Below are positions 55,259 through 64,000 of a DNA stretch of 64,000 bases, piece by piece. The first letter of the stretch is position 1. The number at the start of each line of letters is the position of its first letter. The notes under the pieces were generated by a model. It did no database searches. It saw nothing but the letters and a program-made list of their open reading frames with translations, and had not been told where the DNA came from. Source of the DNA: Tepidiformaceae bacterium (GTDB lineage: Bacteria; Chloroflexota; Dehalococcoidia; Tepidiformales; Tepidiformaceae). Location of the stretch: NCBI GenBank assembly GCA_965214395.1, contig CBDCBZ010000001.1:152171-216170 (forward strand). Reading direction: 5' to 3'. Position numbers and translations under genes: made by a program.

Positions 55259-58200
55259 TTAGGTCCGCGGGAAGGCGGGACCGAGCGACTCGACGAGGTA
55301 CTCCTCGCGCACCCACGAGGTCACGCCGTCGGCCGCCTCGACCCACAGCCACCCGGCGCACTGGCCTTCGCCCGCGGCGCGAGCCGTGACGACGGTCCCG
55401 TCGGGCCAGCCGCCCGTCGCACCAACCCGGGCGTCGTCGACGCACTCGTCGCGATACGAGACGCCCTCGCCGCCTGTGTTTCCGATGATCCAGCGTGATC
55501 CGACCATCGACTGTGAGTCGGCCGTGGAGCTGAAGACGTAGAGGTTGCGGACCCACGAGGTGATGCCGTCCGCGCGGACTCGCACCCAGTCAGCGCAGCT
55601 TCCGGTGCCTTCCTCGATCAGTTCGACCTCGGTGCCATCTGGCCATCCGCCCAGTTCCGAGACCCGCGCATCGTCCCTACACGCCGTACGGTGCGAGACG
55701 CCCTGGCCGCCGGTTTTGGCGATGACCCACTTGCCTTCCAGAGCAGGCTCCGGTGCGGCATCTGCTACCGCTTCCGTCTGCTCCGATTGGTCGTCGGCGT
55801 CTCCGGCGGTCTCAGTTGCGGGTGCCGACTCTGCTTCCTCGGAGGTCTCTTCCTCCTGGACAGCCTCTGGCGCTTCCTCGGCCTGCTGCGCCGGCCCCTC
55901 GGACACGGTCAGCGGCGTCGCGGCCGGGACGCCGTCGGTGAACAGCGCGCGGAAGGGTGCGTTCCCGAACTCCGGCGCGCCGAAGTGGTAGGACACCCAG
56001 TCGCCGTCTACGAGGACGTAGAGCGCCGTGGCGTGGCGGCCCTCAGCGCAGGCCACGAGCTCGTCGAGGCTGCCGCCCTCGTAGACGACGAGGCTGAAGC
56101 CGACGTTGACGGCGCCGCGAAGGCAGCTCGCGGACAGCCCGGCCTCGGCGAGCTCGGCGAGGCGCACGCGGTAGCTGCGCTCACGGCTGCCGTCCTCCGA
56201 GGTGACGGTGATCGCGATCTGCTCGACCTCGGTCAGTGCGACCTGGTGTCCCTCGACCGTTGTGTCGTCGTCTGCCGGCTCGATCACGACCGTGGCGTCG
56301 GCTTGTGCCGCCACGGCCACGACCGTCGCCGTCGTCACGCCCTCGGCTGCCACCCCGTCGTACTCGGTGCGGCGGGGGTCGAACTCTCCGAAGTTGACCC
56401 CGTTGAGCTCCAGTGAGGTGAGGCGAGCATCGATCGCGTCGGGCATGTTATAGCTGTAGATCCTGCCGTCGTTGGCGTCGGCGACGTACATCAGGGCGCC
56501 GTCGGACCAGATGCCGCGCGGGCTGTTGTTGCTCGCGCGGGAGAGGTGGGTGAAGTCCTCGTCACGGACGCGTTCAAGGGCCGGCGGCTCATCCGGCGGT
56601 GCCGCTCCCTCGGGCAGAACGGCCAGACGGTAGGCCCAGAGCTGCTTGAGGCCGTGGTCGGACACCCACAACGACACGCCGTCGGACCAGAGGCCGCGGG
56701 GGTCGTGGTTGCGTGAGTCGAGGACGTACTCGGCGAGAAAGTCGCCAGTGGCGAGGTCGTAGGCGAAGAGGCTGTCCTTCCGGCCATCGAGCACCCACAT
56801 GGTCTCTCCGTCCGACCAGATGCCGCGCGCGTCGGCGTTGCGCTCATCCAGCTCGATGTCACGGTCCCCGAGGCGCCCGCCAGTGGCGAGGACCGAGGCG
56901 AAGAGTTTGTCCTGGCCGCTGTCGGAGACCCACACCGTCGTGCCGTCCGACCAGATGCCGCGGGGGGCGCGGTTGCGCTCGGCGAGCGCGAACTCACGGT
57001 CCTCGCGGCGCTCGCCGCTCTCGATGTCGTAGGCGTAGACGGCGTCGCCGGCGCCGGATGCGTTGTGGAGCAGCCAAAGGGCCGCGCCGTCCGACCACAT
57101 CCCCGTGGGCAGCGCGTGGCCGCTGCCGAGTTCATCGAGGTCACGGTCGACGGTCCATTCGTAGTCAGCCTCGCTCGGGGTCAGGTCGCGTGCCGGGCCG
57201 TCGTCGGTGATCCCGCCGCCACCGATGAAGCTGCCCTCCCGAGCGGGCGCCGGCGGATTGTCGTTGCCGATGATGGTCAGCGTATGGACCGCCGGACTGC
57301 CCAGCGTGTACCCCGTGCCGCTGGTGAGGGTCAGGATGACCGTCTCGGCGTTCTCGGTGGCGCTGTCGTCATTGATGGCGACCGGGATGGTGGCGGAGCT
57401 CGCTCCAGCGGCGACGCTCAGCGTGCCGGAGTTCTGGATGGTGAAGTCGTTGCCGCTGCCCGCCGTCGCCGTGCCGGTGACGCTGTACCCGACCGCCAAG
57501 CCGCCGGCAGGTGCAGCCGAGGACAGGTTGACCGTCACATTGCGAGTGCCAGCGCTCTCAGCCGCGCTCGATGATGCCGACGTGAAGGACGCCGCGGGTT
57601 GTGACGCATTGTCGTTGTCGGTGATGGTCAGCGTGTGGACCGTCGTGCTGCCCGGCGTGTACCCCGTGCCGCCGGTGAGGGTCAGGATGACCGTCTCCGC
57701 GCTTTCCCGCGCGCTGTCGTCGTTGATGGCGACCGGGATGGTGGCGGAGGTCGCTCCAGGCGCGACGCTCAGCGTGCCGGAGTTCTGAATCGTGAAGTCG
57801 TTGCCGCTGCCCGCCGTCGCCGTGCCGGTGACGCTGTACCCGACCGCCAAGCCGCCGGCAGGTGCAGCCGAGGACAGGTTGACCGTCACATTGCGAGTGC
57901 CAGCGCTCTCAGCCGCGCTCGAAGATGCCGAGGCGAATGACGCTGAGGGCAGCGCCGGGCCCGGGCCGTCGTTGTCGTTGATGGTCAGCGTATGGACCGT
58001 CGTGCCGCCCAGCGTGTACCCCGTGCCGCCAGTAAGGGTCAGGATTACCGTCTCGGCGTTCTCGGTGGCGTTGTCGTCATTGATGGCGACCGGGATGGTG
58101 GCGGAGCTCGCTCCAGCGGCGACGCTCAGCGTGCCGGAGTTCTGGATGGTGAAGTCGTTGCTGCTTCCAGCCCTCGCGGCGCCGCTGACGGTGTAGCGGA

Positions 58201-60895
58201 TCGTGAGGCCGCCCGAGGGTGCAGGCGGGGTGAGATTCACATGCACGTCGGTCGAGCCGTCACCCTCGCCCACGCTCGATGACGCCGAGGAGAAGGACGC
58301 TGCGGGGGTGGGGTCGTCGTTGTCGTTGACGTCGACATAGCCGCCGCCGCCGGCGCTGTAGCCGGCGCCGTCGTTCACGAACACCTGCACGAACCCGTCA
58401 GCCTCGTCGGTACTGTCGTTCACGGTGGGGACGGTGAAGCTCGCGGAGGTTGCGCCTGCGTTCAGGGTGATGGTTCTCACGCCCTCGTGGCTCGCGGCCA
58501 CGAAGTCCTGGCCGGGGGGCTCCACGACCTCGACGCTCACCGTGAGGCGTGCGGTCGGCGCCGGGTCGGCGTTCACCGTGAAGCTGGCTGCGCTGCCTTC
58601 CGTCACCGCGGGGCCGCCGTCGATGGTGATGGTGGGCAATTGGGACGGTGTGATGGTGGCGGTGTCGTCGTCACCAACGCTGACCGGCCGATCGATGCTC
58701 AGCGCGTTGGCGCCGCCGTAGTCCCCGCCCGACGTCGTATAGGTCAGGATTGCCGTGTCGTCGACCGCGTCATTGTCCTGCGCTGCCGCTATCGTCACCG
58801 TCCGGGCCCTGTCCCAGCGATCGCTGCCGCCGGGGTTGAAGGTGAGCGTCGACGGGCTGACCGTCACATCCCGGTTGTTGGAGGCGATCTTGACCGTCAC
58901 GGCAGCCGTCGGCTGCGACGACAACCTGACCGTGATCGTATCGCTGGAGCCCTCGCGGATGTCCGCCCAGCGCCGATGGAACGTCAGGCCGCGGGTGTCG
59001 TCGTCCGTCAGCGTGACCTTCGTCGTTTTCCTGCTGGTGTTCACCTTGTAGCCGCTGCCGGGTTGCAGCGTGAACACGATGGTCTCGTCATTCTCGTCCA
59101 GGCCGTCATTGTTGATGTTCAGCAGGATCGAGGCGCTGTGGGTGTTCGCGGGCAGGCTGATGCTGCACGGTGAGGACGTGCAGCCATCAATGGTGTAGTC
59201 CTTGCCCTCGCCGTGCTCCGCTGAACCGTTCACCGTGTAGTTGATGGTACGAGCTGACCCCCACGGCGCGAACCCGTCGGCGACTTCAACGGTGATTTTG
59301 ACCGGGGCAGTGCCAAACTCAGCGATGCGCTGGGTCGCGAAATTCAGCTGCACCCCGTCATTGAGATTGCGGATTGCAGTTGCTTGCCAGGAGCGCTTTT
59401 GGGAATCGGTGTGGTCGGCCACGGCATAGCCGGCGCCGGGCAGAATGCGGGCGACCACCTTGCCGTTGTCTTCCCTGGCGTATCTCGCATTGGTGGGGAT
59501 GGTGAGCTTCACGGATTGCTGGCCGGCGCGAATGACGACGGTCCGGTCGCCTTCCTCGCGGTTCGGGACGTAGTTGACGCCGCCGACGGTAGATTCCCTG
59601 ACGTTGAGGTTGATGGTCAGGTCGGCGACAGGAGCCGCGCTCGCCGTGACGGTGAACGTCGCGTCTCCGCCCTCATCGACTCTTCGGAGTCCCTCGAACG
59701 AGATCACGGGGTCCGCCGTCTGGAAGTCGCCCACCTCGAAGACCGCGGAGATGCCGAAGTAGGGGGCAATATTGTTCTTGGCGTGTGTGTTCTTATCGAT
59801 GGCGCTGTTGTCCCTGTTGTTTGCAGGTCCACCGTGGCCATAAGCCACAGTGTCGCTGCCCAGACCTCCGTCCCGGTAGTGGGTGCCTGCAACCTGTTGC
59901 TCAGGGAGCTTGTTGTCTGGGTGCTCGAGAGTGCCGGTGTTGGCCCCCTGGGTGGTGGTGGCCACCTTGCCGTCGGCGTGGCGTTGGTTGGCGTGCGCGT
60001 TGGCGTCACCCCAGACCCCGGTCCAGAACTCGTTGTGGTTGGGAGCGATCTGCATCCCGTTCAGCCAGTAGATCGGCGTGTCAAACGTCGTGTGGCCCGG
60101 TAGGTTCGGTTGCTGTGGGAGTAAGCTCACGCCGGTCGCGGTGCGCCAGGACGCGTCCACCCTGCGCGTAGTGCTGCCGGGAGCCCAACGGTGGACGCTG
60201 CCGAGAACACGGAATGTGTCGGCGTACTTCTCGATATCGGGATGCCAGGGGTGGCCGGCGGTGCGACTGCGGACAAAGTCGTCGTAGTGGTTGATGTTGT
60301 TGGAAGCGCCGGCGCGCCGGTTGCCGGTCTTGAACAGCAGCCGGTACTGGTCGCCGGTACTCAGGCCGCCCGGATTGAGAGTCCAGTCGCTCGGAGTGAG
60401 CGAAACGTTGACGATCTGCACTGTGGAGATCTTGTGGTCGCCCAACTCGTAGCCGCTCGGTGGCGTTTGCAGCGTGAGGGTGAAATTCTCGTAGTCCTCG
60501 ATCTCCGCATCCCAATAGATGGGAATCTCGAACTTGTGCCGGATGCTGCCCGCCGGCACCGTGAAGGTGTGGATGCCAGCGGGGAAGTCCACATCGGCGG
60601 TGGCGTCGCGGGCTTCGGCGGGGCCTGTGCCCGCTTCGGCCAGGACCGAGAAGGTTGCAGCCGAGGGGGTTGCCGCGCTGAACTTGATGATGGGGCGCAG
60701 CGTCGCGCCTTCCTGCACGTTGTAATCACTGTAGATCAAGTCTTCGGTTCTGTCGTGGAACACGACCCGGTCGAAGTCAACGAAGATGGAACTCTGGGCG
60801 TCGGCCTCGGGCGCTGACGGGGCCAGTGCAACCCACAGCAAGATCGGCGCCGCTGCCAGTCGAAGCGACAGCCTAGCCATCTTCCGCTGCGCCAT
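55259..60895 (-). CDS. giant secreted multidomain protein (Calx-beta-type repeats, WSDG beta-propeller-like repeats, cadherin-like domain, two SH3-like C-terminal domains)
   Basis: Signal peptide MAQRKMARLSLRLAAAPILLWVALAPSAPEADA, counted from ATG 60895; the ORF is open to 60958. See the findings for domain order. Confidence 0.85.
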   Translation of the reverse strand: MAQRKMARLSLRLAAAPILLWVALAPSAPEADAQSSIFVDFDRVVFHDRTEDLIYSDYNVQEGATLRPIIKFSAATPSAATFSVLAEAGTGPAEARDATADVDFPAGIHTFTVPAGSIRHKFEIPIYWDAEIEDYENFTLTLQTPPSGYELGDHKISTVQIVNVSLTPSDWTLNPGGLSTGDQYRLLFKTGNRRAGASNNINHYDDFVRSRTAGHPWHPDIEKYADTFRVLGSVHRWAPGSTTRRVDASWRTATGVSLLPQQPNLPGHTTFDTPIYWLNGMQIAPNHNEFWTGVWGDANAHANQRHADGKVATTTQGANTGTLEHPDNKLPEQQVAGTHYRDGGLGSDTVAYGHGGPANNRDNSAIDKNTHAKNNIAPYFGISAVFEVGDFQTADPVISFEGLRRVDEGGDATFTVTASAAPVADLTINLNVRESTVGGVNYVPNREEGDRTVVIRAGQQSVKLTIPTNARYAREDNGKVVARILPGAGYAVADHTDSQKRSWQATAIRNLNDGVQLNFATQRIAEFGTAPVKITVEVADGFAPWGSARTINYTVNGSAEHGEGKDYTIDGCTSSPCSISLPANTHSASILLNINNDGLDENDETIVFTLQPGSGYKVNTSRKTTKVTLTDDDTRGLTFHRRWADIREGSSDTITVRLSSQPTAAVTVKIASNNRDVTVSPSTLTFNPGGSDRWDRARTVTIAAAQDNDAVDDTAILTYTTSGGDYGGANALSIDRPVSVGDDDTATITPSQLPTITIDGGPAVTEGSAASFTVNADPAPTARLTVSVEVVEPPGQDFVAASHEGVRTITLNAGATSASFTVPTVNDSTDEADGFVQVFVNDGAGYSAGGGGYVDVNDNDDPTPAASFSSASSSVGEGDGSTDVHVNLTPPAPSGGLTIRYTVSGAARAGSSNDFTIQNSGTLSVAAGASSATIPVAINDDNATENAETVILTLTGGTGYTLGGTTVHTLTINDNDGPGPALPSASFASASSSAAESAGTRNVTVNLSSAAPAGGLAVGYSVTGTATAGSGNDFTIQNSGTLSVAPGATSATIPVAINDDSARESAETVILTLTGGTGYTPGSTTVHTLTITDNDNASQPAASFTSASSSAAESAGTRNVTVNLSSAAPAGGLAVGYSVTGTATAGSGNDFTIQNSGTLSVAAGASSATIPVAINDDSATENAETVILTLTSGTGYTLGSPAVHTLTIIGNDNPPAPAREGSFIGGGGITDDGPARDLTPSEADYEWTVDRDLDELGSGHALPTGMWSDGAALWLLHNASGAGDAVYAYDIESGERREDREFALAERNRAPRGIWSDGTTVWVSDSGQDKLFASVLATGGRLGDRDIELDERNADARGIWSDGETMWVLDGRKDSLFAYDLATGDFLAEYVLDSRNHDPRGLWSDGVSLWVSDHGLKQLWAYRLAVLPEGAAPPDEPPALERVRDEDFTHLSRASNNSPRGIWSDGALMYVADANDGRIYSYNMPDAIDARLTSLELNGVNFGEFDPRRTEYDGVAAEGVTTATVVAVAAQADATVVIEPADDDTTVEGHQVALTEVEQIAITVTSEDGSRERSYRVRLAELAEAGLSASCLRGAVNVGFSLVVYEGGSLDELVACAEGRHATALYVLVDGDWVSYHFGAPEFGNAPFRALFTDGVPAATPLTVSEGPAQQAEEAPEAVQEEETSEEAESAPATETAGDADDQSEQTEAVADAAPEPALEGKWVIAKTGGQGVSHRTACRDDARVSELGGWPDGTEVELIEEGTGSCADWVRVRADGITSWVRNLYVFSSTADSQSMVGSRWIIGNTGGEGVSYRDECVDDARVGATGGWPDGTVVTARAAGEGQCAGWLWVEAADGVTSWVREEYLVESLGPAFPRT
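57235..58295 (-). repeat. three tandem ~351-357-nt coding repeats (Calx-beta-type modules), two nearly identical
   Basis: Landmark gctcga recurs at 57566, 57917 and 58274. The protein units are ASF.SASSS..E..G...V.VNL...AP.GGL...Y.V.G.A.AGS.NDFTIQNSGTLSVA.GA.SATIPVAINDD.A.E.AETVILTLT.GTGYT.G...VHTLTI..ND. Confidence 0.85.
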
Positions 60896-60907
60896 GGAGA
60901 AGTAAAC

Positions 60908-60918
60908 GGGGGGGGGGG
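60908..60918. repeat. G11 (C11 on the coding strand) homopolymer at the 5' end of the giant gene
   Basis: agtaaacGGGGGGGGGGGtacg. It lies 13-23 nt upstream of ATG 60895, and inside the ORF (TPPP) if ATG 60925 or 60958 is used. Confidence 0.95.
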
Positions 60919-60997
60919 TACGCATCACACAATCCCCTTGGCAACCCAAGCCCGACATCTACCCCGCTCGCATCTACTATAGCGCAAACGCCCTTAC

Positions 60998-61404
60998 TCA
61001 TAAAGGTGCTGGAAATGAGGGGCGGTCGTCTTTCAGGATAGGCACGGCGGTCGGGGCATAGCTTGGGAGGCAGCCCCATGCCCGGAGACGCCGAGCGCCA
61101 AAGCCAACATCATGCTCGCCGTCACGCCGGAGGCCGCCTGGATGATGGAGTCGAGCGGAGCTTCGGCGCGGAACACCGTCGCGAAGTCGAGGTCGACGCC
61201 CGCCTCCACCACCTGCGTACCGACAACGCGACACGGTCTGCCAGCGGAGAGTCGCTCCCTCACCTCAGCAAGTACTCGTCGCGATGAGCGCGGCAGAGAA
61301 GCGTCGAGGGGTGCAGAGCTCCTGGGATTGCCAAGGGCGTCAAGCAGCTCCGTCGCATGCTGCTTGGTGTTGACAATGGCGAACACGTTAGATTCCGCCC
61401 GCAT
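60998..61404 (-). pseudogene. relic of a Cas3-like DEAD/DEAH helicase (C-terminal RecA-like domain only)
   Basis: [18 protein letters not shown]...[52 protein letters not shown] parallels the helicase C-terminal domain of Cas3-type helicases. Sense is lost after QAA. A shifted frame continues ..[10 protein letters not shown] (motif VI-like). No N-terminal helicase or HD part is present. Confidence 0.5.
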
Positions 61405-61519
61405 CCAGTCCGCGACATCCGCTCACTCCTTCGGCTCGTTGGTCTTCGAGAAGTCGTACGCGACGCGCTTGAGCGCCGCGAAGTGACCGGCGTGGCCGGG
61501 TACGATCTCGCGGGCCTGG

Positions 61520-62647
61520 ATGTTCCTGAACCCGTCGAACCTCGAGGGGCTCTCGACGTTGGAGGTGTCGGGCAACGCCTTCACGGGCTGCGTGCCGCCC
61601 GTGCTGCGCAAGGTGTCGAGCAACGACCTCGGGAAGCTCTCGATCAAGGACTGCGCCACGCCCACCCCCACGCCGACTGCAACCGCGACTGCCACTACGA
61701 CGGCGACTGCGACCGTGACCCCGACGACAACGGCCACGCCGACGCCGACCGCCACGGCGACGCCCGCGACCTACACCCTGACGCTCGCGGCGGGTGCGGG
61801 CGGGAGCCTGAGCGCGGACCCGGCCGGACCGGGCTACGTCGCGGGCACGGCGGTCACGGTCACAGCGACAGCGCAGGCGGGCTACCGGCTGAGCGCCTGG
61901 GGCGGCGACTGCGCGGCCACGGCGGCGCGCTCGGCGAGCTGCGCGCTGACGCTGGACGGCGACCGCACGGTGTCGGCGAGCTTCGCCGCGCTGGGCCCGC
62001 CCGCCGCGCCCGTGCTGCTCGCCGTGACGACCGGCAACGCCGGCGAGGTACTGCTCGAGTGGACGCCGGGCGGCGATGCCGCGGGCGTCACCAAGTGGCA
62101 GTACCGGCTGCGCCTGCAACGGGAGGAGTTCAAGCCCTGGGGGGCGTGGACCGACGTGCCCGGCTCCGCCGCGGCGACGCGCAGCTACCTCGTGAGCGGG
62201 CTGAATCCCGGCGGGGTGCGCCACGCCCACCACTGGCAGCTGCGCGCCGTCGCCGGGACGCTCGCGGGCAGCCCCTCCGCGGCGGTCGAGGGCAGCCCCG
62301 CCTTCATCGGCGCGGGCGGCATCCCCTCGCTGCTGCCCGACAACGTGATCGAGGGCGGGCGCGCCTGGCTGCTCGCGGGTGAGGTCGTGATCGACGTGCC
62401 CGCGGGCACGCGCCTGCGCTACGGCGGCGGCGGCTACGTCAACGGCGTGATTTACGTGAGTATCGAGGACGCGGCGAGCGGCTGGTGGCAGGAGATCAAC
62501 GCCACCACGCTCACGCCCGCCGGGCGCGGGCAGGACGCCGTGGCGGGCGTGGCCGCCGCCGCGCAGGCGGGCGGCGAGGCGCGCGACGTGGAGGCGATCC
62601 TCGACGCGATCGTGGAGTCGTTGCGGCGCGTGGGGCAGGGCAAGTGA
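61520..62647 (+). pseudogene. 5'-truncated LRR-family gene: LRR C-cap + Thr/Pro linker + InlB-B-repeat-like domain + Fn3 + unknown C-terminal domain
   Basis: It begins with NLEGLSTLEVSGNAFTGCVPPVLRKVSSNDLGKLSIKDC, matching the C-cap of the 50242 LRR protein (LSANELTGCIPAGLLDVAGHDLDELALETC). No signal peptide or LRR array lies upstream; an in-frame stop is at 61469-61471. Confidence 0.55.
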
Positions 62648-62868
62648 GCGGGCGCGCGCTGGCGGCGATCGTGGTGATCGCGCTGGCCGTGGCCGCCGCG
62701 GCGAGCCTCGGCCACGGCGCGACGCCGCGCGTCGCCGCAGACCACACCGCGACCGTGACCCCGCCGACAGACGAGTGGGCGGAGGGGCGGCGCTCCATGA
62801 CGATGCCGCGGCCGCGGTCGCCTCGGGCGACGAGGTGCTGCTGCAGGTTGCCAGCTGAGAAACATTGA
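62644..62868 (+). CDS. small hypothetical membrane-anchored protein
   Basis: GTG 62644 overlaps the upstream TGA (GTGA). N-terminal hydrophobic helix ALAAIVVIALAVAAAASL. 74 aa with no homology recognised. Confidence 0.2.
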   Translation: MSGRALAAIVVIALAVAAAASLGHGATPRVAADHTATVTPPTDEWAEGRRSMTMPRPRSPRATRCCCRLPAEKH

Positions 62869-63029
62869 TCAGGATGGTGCACCCTGGCATCACTTACCGG
62901 GGACGTGACCCTGGCCGACCAACATTCCCTGGATGAAGAGGTCGCCCAACGCCGCTATGATGCTGGCTGGCGCAGTGACATCACGAAAGGCTGGTCCCGT
63001 GTCCGCAACGCACTCGAGCGGTGCACCGC

Positions 63030-64000
63030 GTGCTTAGCCTCGTGAGCAGGCTGGTCACAGCACGCCCCCGGATCGCCATCGGCGTCCTCGTCCTTATCAC
63101 CATCGTGCTGGGCGCAGGTGCTTCGCTACGCGCTGAGCTCGACGAGACGGATGGGTACTTCCCCCGCGACAATGCTGTCGCCAGGGCACTGGACGAAATC
63201 GGCGAGCTCTTCGGAGAGTCGGGCGAACTCAACGTGGTCACGCTGCTCTTCCGCGGGGAGGCGCTGACCCCCGACGGACTCTCGCAGATGTCCGGCCTGA
63301 TTGAGGAGATCGCGAGCGACCCTGAGCTGGCGGCGTTGTTCGCGCCGACCGACCCGATCGCCGCACCCTCTCTGATCATCGAATCCGTGCTCGGGGCAGA
63401 CGGTCTCGAGTCGCTCTCACAGGAACGGATTGACGCCGTACGCAGCGTTCCCGAGATCGAGGGCGCTCTCAACTCGCTGACCGGAACCGACACCGACGGC
63501 ACACCGGTCGCGATCGCCGCGATCCGCCTCCGAGACACCGGCGACGACCGAATTAAGGACGCTGAGCTCAGGATTCATGAGATCGTGGCTGGCGAAACCG
63601 ACCCGCTGCTCGTGAGCAGTGTGTCCCAGGCGGTGATCGAGGATGAGTATCAGCGGTCGTATCAGGAGGACGTCACCCCGCTCATCGGAGCATCATTTCT
63701 GCTGATCGCGGGTCTGATGTTTCTCTTCCTCAGATCGCCATCGGACGTGGTGCTTTCGCTCACAGGCCTGCTGATGGCCATCGTGTGGGTCGTCGGCGCG
63801 GAGGGTTGGCTGGGGCCGAACGGGCTCGGCCTCCTCGGCCGGCCGAGCGGCATTTCGGTGATCATCCCGATACTCATCATCAGCCTCACGGTGGACTACG
63901 GCATCCAGGTGGCGTTGCATTACCGCGAGGCGAGAGGCAGCCAGGAGTCGGTGCTCGCTGCCTCCCGGTCCGGGCTTCGGGTCGTGACAGTCCCCGTGGC
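63030..64000 (+). CDS. MMPL/RND-superfamily transporter, 3' end outside window
   Basis: The frame is open from 62979 to the window edge, so it is absent from the ORF track. It has an N-terminal TM helix (RIAIGVLVLITIVLGAG), a ~200-aa soluble loop, then a TM bundle (..LIGASFLLIAGLMFLFLRSPSDVVLSLTGLLMAIVWVVGAEGW..IIPILIISLTVDYGIQV..). GTG start at 63021, 63030 or 63042. Confidence 0.75.
   Translation, partial: MLSLVSRLVTARPRIAIGVLVLITIVLGAGASLRAELDETDGYFPRDNAVARALDEIGELFGESGELNVVTLLFRGEALTPDGLSQMSGLIEEIASDPELAALFAPTDPIAAPSLIIESVLGADGLESLSQERIDAVRSVPEIEGALNSLTGTDTDGTPVAIAAIRLRDTGDDRIKDAELRIHEIVAGETDPLLVSSVSQAVIEDEYQRSYQEDVTPLIGASFLLIAGLMFLFLRSPSDVVLSLTGLLMAIVWVVGAEGWLGPNGLGLLGRPSGISVIIPILIISLTVDYGIQVALHYREARGSQESVLAASRSGLRVVTVPV

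Noticed and set aside
61388-62893. 501-aa minus-strand ORF
   Set aside because: It is antisense to the B-repeat/Fn3 ORF and extremely Arg/Ala/Gly/Pro-rich, so it is a shadow ORF.
60959-63020. Search for a CRISPR array or further cas genes around the Cas3-like relic
   Set aside because: No regularly spaced direct repeats were seen here or elsewhere in the window, and no other Cas-like ORFs.

Overview
High-GC (roughly two-thirds G+C by eye) bacterial chromosomal window with dense coding on both strands and many long antisense shadow ORFs in the track. F420 (cofC), thyX and lipoproteins on long Thr/Pro tethers suggest a Chloroflexota- or Actinomycetota-like organism; this is inference only. No tRNA, rRNA, CRISPR array or intact transposase was found. 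Housekeeping genes include SDR, dapA, secA, cofC, thyX and lipB. There is an acyl-CoA/crotonase/ACAD-like lipid-metabolism block. A cobalamin riboswitch with its own terminator precedes a B12 uptake and nucleotide-loop cluster (btuCFD-like, cobO/T/S/U, convergent cbiB-cobD-cobQ). A MarR plus ABC-2 exporter unit follows. The 3' third is patchy: a plant-type LRR protein, Calx-beta proteins including a ~1,880-aa secreted giant, and several gene relics. The most notable finding is a head-to-head pair of selenoprotein genes that the ORF track splits at in-frame TGA codons: a SelW/Rdx-like CxxU protein and a UGSC-motif protein, each with a SECIS-like hairpin just downstream. Other findings: (1) a lower-GC island carrying a DNA methyltransferase, an uncharacterised nuclease-like partner, the 3' relic of a second methyltransferase, and an overlapping DUF5678-like/retropepsin-like gene pair; (2) a tandem triplication of an ACAD-like gene whose third copy has a clean in-frame ~275-codon deletion; (3) a G11 tract at the 5' end of the giant gene; (4) a Cas3-like helicase relic; (5) two genes frameshifted at C/G homopolymers.
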